A DNA stretch of 64,000 bases, taken from positions 8,586,990-8,650,989 of the forward strand of contig JBNZDD010013732.1 of the NCBI GenBank assembly GCA_050575255.1, read 5' to 3'. Position 1 is the first letter of the stretch. The number at the start of each line of letters is the position of its first letter. The notes under the pieces were generated by a model. It searched no databases and had not been told where the DNA came from. It saw only the letters and a list, made by a program, of their open reading frames with translations. The position numbers were made by a program, and so were the translations under genes. The DNA comes from Harriotta raleighana. Lineage: Eukaryota. Shown one piece after another: positions 58,094-64,000 of the stretch.

Positions 58094-58939
58094 TAGACTA
58101 TGAAAAAAAAATCACCAATGTAAATTTTAACCATGTTCAAAATCAAATCAATCAATCAATCAAGTTGTGTGACCGTAATGATCATACTACTCTTGAAGCA
58201 GAATCCAAACTGATAAGTTGGAAAACACCTTACATTTCTCTTCTCCCCACACCATCCCCACCCCCTACACACACAGAATGAAGACTCCCCACCACATAAA
58301 TCATTTTAAATTTTAAAAAACTACACTGTATACGTGAATAAACTGAGCCCCAAAGTGACCATCACCTTAGATAATTACTGTGACATCCCATTGCTCTCAC
58401 AAATTTTTAATCATATTTTCTTTCACAGCTGTAACCTCAAATGTTAGCGCTGAGATTTGTTGTTTAAAGCACTCTTTAAAATTCAAGGAAAGTAAAAATT
58501 ATATGAAAATATTGTAATAAACACAAAAAAATTTTTTTTTAGTTTGATCTATTGCTGTGCACAAATTGGTTACTGCATTCAAGCATAAAGCAGTCAGTTG
58601 CTTCACAGTAAATGTTCGCTTCAAGATGTCCTCCAGACATGATAGGTTCTACACAAGGATTATAAATTATATTAAGTTAGTTCTGTGTTGTTAAAACATT
58701 TTTTTCAATGTTTTCAAAGATTTTCATATACCTTTGTTGGTTTATGTAAGGGTGCTTTTCACTTCTGTTCCAGGATGCTTTCTTATTTATGTAATATATT
58801 TGTAATACAGTATATACAGTCTTAATCTGGCACAAGTAATCACAAGGGAGTGTCCCTCAGTATCCTGGCTATGTTCCTCTAGATTAATTGGTCTTTCAGT
58901 TTATGGTTGTTTGGGACCTTGCTTGTGCAAATGATTATA

Positions 58940-59359
58940 CAGGTAGACCCTGCTTAATGTCGTAGTTTGGTTCGTGCAAAGTGCGACTTTAATCGGAACA
59001 TTTGGCAAATACATTTTTCCAATAGGAATGAATGTAAGAACTGGAGTTAGGTTCCTTTGGCCATTTTTCACCAAAATGTTTAAAAAAAAACCTTATACTC
59101 GCTCCTTGACTGCCTGCCAGGCTCACTCACTCGCAACCGATCTCACTCACTCGCTGCAGGTCTCATTCACTCGCTGCCAGCTGCCTCGCTCCCAGCCTGG
59201 CTCACTCGCAGGTTGTAGCGCCATCGTGCCCCCTTTTCACCCACTGGTGAACGATGTAATAGCAAATGTCGCAACGTTAAATGAATATATGTTCCCAATG
59301 TATCAGCAGCATAATAACGAAAAAAGTTAACCGAGGCGACATTAAGCGATGTCTACCTG
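58940..59359. mobile_element. Tc1/mariner (Tigger/pogo-like) MITE, 420 bp
   Basis: 23-bp TIRs CAGGTAGACCCTGCTTAATGTCG and CAGGTAGACATCGCTTAATGTCG (right end reverse-complemented); TA on both flanks. Confidence 0.88.
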
Positions 59360-61599
59360 TATATGGTTGAAATAAACAATTTTATGCAAAAATGCTTTAT
59401 AACATGCTACTCCAGTTCACAGGAAAGACCTATAGGTTTAAACAGCTGGCCCAGTTTTGCCCAGGCACCATTTTCTGCAGGAAGAGAATTAGTGACATTT
59501 TTGTGCTATGAGCGCACACTCAGTAAGAACTGCCAGACTGATTCCATGTAGGCCCCTTGCAGCCAGCCAATAGATCTCTCAACAGTCAGGAATAAACTCA
59601 AAAAACATGTTGCTGAGGGAAAAAAACTAGTGTCCAATGTAATGTACCATTAGACACACATAATTCAAAGATCACTGGTAGTTTATTCACAGATCTAATA
59701 ATCATCAGGTAACAGGAAAAATCTCAATCACTGCCTCAATGTTTAAGCAATTAAACACTTTTGTCATACTGCTAGAGTGACCTTTTAAAGAGGCATATGG
59801 TATCTCACATATTTCACACTTCAAAAAAAAAGCTACATCCACTATCTCAGCTGACTCCCCCATGCGCCCCCCACCACCCCCCTTTATGTTTAAACCAGTG
59901 CTTGGCCACCAATCAATAAAAATTTCAACAAAGCAAAAATACAAGTAGATATTCAAGTACATCAAGTGACATACAGTATTTAGAACTTAGGTGGCCGACA
60001 AGAAAAGTTTGGGCAAGCAATAATTTAGCAGTTCCAATTAATTGTAGAGGTGATGGAGATGATTATAATAATACTTGCCTATTATGCAACACCTTTCATA
60101 TCAATCTCTAAGCATCATTTCTCTCTGGTACCCAGGTTAAAATATGTAGAATATGATTCACCTGATCTAAAACAAACTTAAATTTTAATGCACACTTCAC
60201 AAAATTACTCAGAATTGAGCTAAATTTAAAATAAAAGTGTTTGTTGAAGAGTGTTCATAACATGTCAGAATTACTTTTCCCTCAGCAAACTACTATCACA
60301 AACAGCGGCACTTCTAAATATGAATTACTAAGACTGGGGGGAGAGGGTAAGAAATCAAACAACAATCATCAGTTATTGTGTTCAATAATTTGTATAAGCC
60401 TGGCTCTACCACAAACCCTATTAATCAAGATTGCAATCCATATAATTACAGCACTAATCTCAAATAATCAGCTGTACTTTTGAAAAGACTGGAGTTCTTA
60501 CAATTTATGTCACATAATGTTAAATAAAAATTGTTTAAAGTACAATTTTAAAAACTTACTCAAAGCAAACCTATGAATACAAGATTGGAGTTATGCCGGT
60601 TACTCCAAAAGCAGAATGAAGAATTCTCAAAAAAGTCAATATTCAAAACAAATTTGTGAGTTTTGGATAAGTCAATCATGAGCATGACTCATGATCTGAG
60701 GGCCTGAAGAAAAACTAGTTGGATCCATTCCAATTCAACAAAAATGCTTCCTGTTAATCAATTATGGAGCAAAATCAACAGGGATAAGTCTACACTAGAG
60801 GATCAAACTGAAATGTGAGGAGGTGGGAGGGTGGTATAAGATTTCACACCAACTCTTATTCTGATTTGTAAACCAATGCTGAGAATAATGTGAAATGCTG
60901 TCCAGCAGGTTCTAATCTCCACGATGGGTTCCCCATTCCAATAAAATGATTTGAATCTGAAATGTGTTGCACATAACTTTCTAAAGATTAACTTGCAGTT
61001 TACAGATTCATATTTGTAATCTGCTTTTAGTTATTTCAGGAGAAAATCTGTTCTCTAATCGAATTACAATAAATTATGTTTGAAGATGTTAAAGGACAGA
61101 AAACATTTGATAGAATTTGTGCTCAAAGAGTTAATGAAAAACGCTGGGAGTGACATGTCAGGGTGAATGAGTTTATTTAATCTGATAAGGGTGAACAGGT
61201 TCACTTGGAACAAACAAGTGGGGGTTGGTAAGGGACAGGCTGTGAGTCTGCATGGACCACAACTGTATGCCAAAGAATTGCAACATGAAAATAGTTCTCA
61301 GTTCACCCAGGCCAAACTCAAGAGAGCTTACAGAATACAATTTGCAAATGGATGACTGCTTTTCCACAGCACTGAACTCATTGCTTCAAATACCTGGTTT
61401 GTGCTGAGATCTGGTATTGTAATCTGGGCTCAGCAATTTCATAGGGGCATTCCGATTGCAGCTGCCAGTTCAGACCGAGGCACCACCATGCGGGTTTGTA
61501 TATATATGTGTGTGTGTATATATATATTATAATGTGTGAAAAGATGCTCAGAACACAGAGAATACAATAGATTGTGAGGGTAGGAAGAAGAGAAAAACA

Positions 61600-61720
61600 T
61601 AAAGTCAATTTTTCCTACTTGCCTTCCCCGACCCCTCTCCACCTACTTGACCGTACAGCGCCTTGGGACGTCCTCCCGACGTGAAAGGCGCTATATAAAT
61701 AAAATTTTGATTGATTGATT
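61600..61720 (+). mobile_element. LINE2 3' tail fragment
   Basis: GTACAGCGCCTTGGGACGTCCTCCCGACGTGAAAGGCGCTATATAAAT. Confidence 0.75.
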
Positions 61721-64000
61721 ACCAGTCAGTCTTGTGTCAAATGGAGGAAAGTACGACAGTTGATATCAACAAATGACTGCAGTTGATATCAACAAATTAT
61801 TCAACTAGCATAGGAAAGAAATCAACTTTCATAAAGAAATCTAATTAATTAATTACAGGTTTAGACTGGTGCCCAGGTCCCATGCATGTGTTTGGTTCTA
61901 GGCAAGACACAAAACTAGTTAATTTATACAACGTCTTTCAGAATAGCAAAAAGTTCCAGGGCACTGGAATAGTCTTAAGGTTTGCACCCGAACTGGGGGT
62001 GGGAAGAAAGATGGTCGAAGGTGTAGTCAAACAGGAGGTCTTGAGTTAGACCCTGGAGGAGGCAGGAAAGGGAGAGTCAGTTAATGATAGTCCAAGTGAA
62101 GGCAGATATACTGAAAATCTGGCCAACAGAGTTGGGGCACTGAGCTCAAATTTTGGAACAAATTACAAACACAAAATAGTACAATTAAAGCTTCAAGCTG
62201 CCAATTACCGCACTTCCCACAAATCAAAATAGTCTAGATTTAATTTGAGAATAGTTATTAGAAAGGTGCAGAGTGCTGGTCACATGTATACATTAAGGGT
62301 TTCAGTGCAAATAACATAGCAAATGAATCACTGTCTTGTATTTTGATTTCAGCATTAATGATTAAACTATAGAAGTTGTATTGGCACAGAATTGATATTT
62401 CACAATAAGTTGTCCTGACAAAAGAGCAATATTTGTGAACAACTCGTATACTGAACAAAAAAAACACATGCAAGAATCACCCATTAAAGCTCATTCCTGC
62501 AGTATATTAATTCTCCCATTGTGGTAAGTGAAAAAAGAAAATGCTTCACTGCTAATAACAAGATAGAGTACCAGGAAATCTAAATAGGTGTTTTCAGTGA
62601 TAATGACAACCAGACAAGTTACCAGTTGTATATCAAGAGTGTGTTTAATTGGAAAGGGAGTGAAAAGTAGAAAATAGTACTAGGACATCAATTAGGGAGC
62701 ACAAAATATTCCTCAATTTTATGAGAAACATTGTACAGTACATATAAAAGTTAGCAATCCCTTCATTTTGGAATTTGGGAGATTTCATATGACCTCAACA
62801 CAAACCAACTTCCCAAGCCCTAAACATTTAAGATTCTTATTAAATGACTGCAGATTTTCTAAGATTGCATTCTTCAACACTAAACAAAAAATATTAAATA
62901 AATGTCTGCAGCACACTCCAGCAAAATATACCTGCAATCTTGAAGTTGCTAATAGATGATTACATTCACCTTTCCAACCATGAATTGAATTAGAAAAAAA
63001 TGAACGCCATTCACTGGTCCATTTATCTTAATATAATTCACACCATGGATTTACATAACATCCAATTCCTTTATTAGTTCATTGAAAAACGAACATTGGA
63101 AGTGTTCAGCATAGCCAAATATTTTCTGTCTGCAGAAAGGGGGAGTAATGTATCTTAATTGTTTCTCTGCATAGTGAAAATTACAGTGGCACAATTTGCC
63201 ATTCAATTTCTGTGGCCTTGGCTTGAATTTCTTAAGAACTTTTTGCTCCAGGAACAGTGCATTACATGATTATGATTTATATAGGAACAATGAGTATATC
63301 TGCAACAAAGAGTAGCTATCATCTTTCAATGTTCACTTTTCAAAAGCCAAACTGGTAGTTGGAAACTGGATTCCAGGTGAGAATCTGGCCAGGACCCTGG
63401 GGAGAGAAGTCTTTCTCACGGAGCAGGAATTGGACAGGTATATTTCAACTCTAAGATCTTGGTACCCTAGTTTAGGAAGTCATCATCAATCTATTCGATG
63501 CTCCTCATTCTTTCTATTTTTTTCTGAGATTGAAAAGCAGGAGAAAAGCAAACACATTTAGAAATATCAGTTTCTTTGAAAAGGAGAGACCAGTCAGATA
63601 ATTCAAGAAACTTGAAGACGAACTTGCTCACATGTTGACAAGTTTGCTTGCACATATGAAAACAATGTGATGACAAACATGGTTTCAACTTCGTCAAGCA
63701 ATGATAGTGGCATCCCCTTTGCCCTGTACTGTTTCAGGACTTTTGTGAAATATAGCATTATAATGTGCAAAACAACCAAACTTTTGGATTGGCTGCATGC
63801 AAATAGTTAGTAAAAAAAAGTGCTGTCTTAATTCATAAGCTGTCTAATTCCCTAATGATGAAATTACATTAAAACCTTGTTTATCCGTGACTCGAATAAT
63901 CGGAAAACCCGTTCAACCGCCATCTCAAAAAAAAGTCATATTTTGTCATGTAATCCTGTTCAAATCCTGAACAATTTAACTAGACTATTGTGAATTGCAA

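Noticed and set aside
58098-64000. PPARA 5' UTR exons or promoter
   Set aside because: Only weak splice-like motifs and no CpG island; the promoter probably lies beyond the window.

Overview
This is vertebrate nuclear DNA, not a prokaryotic window. The LINE2, CR1 and Deu-domain tRNA-SINE content suggests a cartilaginous fish, possibly a chimaera (inference). Left to right it holds: a let-7a-3/let-7b-type microRNA pair (+, ~8.9 and ~10.0 kb); an intronless PKDREJ gene (+, 16723-24708, 2661 aa) preceded by a ~1 kb GA-rich tract; CDPF1 (-, 3 coding exons); a near-perfect 55 x 27-bp minisatellite; mitochondrial tyrosyl-tRNA synthetase YARS2 (+, 5 exons); and PPARA (-, 6 coding exons, 470 aa). I read all exon boundaries from the sequence; they are GT-AG and phase-consistent. 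The rest is repeat-rich. I found no clearly new biological system. The best leads are a gene order rearranged relative to human, a non-canonical let-7 mature sequence with contrasting LIN28 motifs in the two loops, a 12-nt let-7-complementary site upstream on the let-7 strand, an extended PKD/Ig-like PKDREJ N-terminus, a 66-bp inverted repeat around a PPARA zinc-finger exon, and alpha/delta/gamma-mixed residues in the PPARA ligand-binding domain. All comparisons with human sequences are from memory and need alignment.
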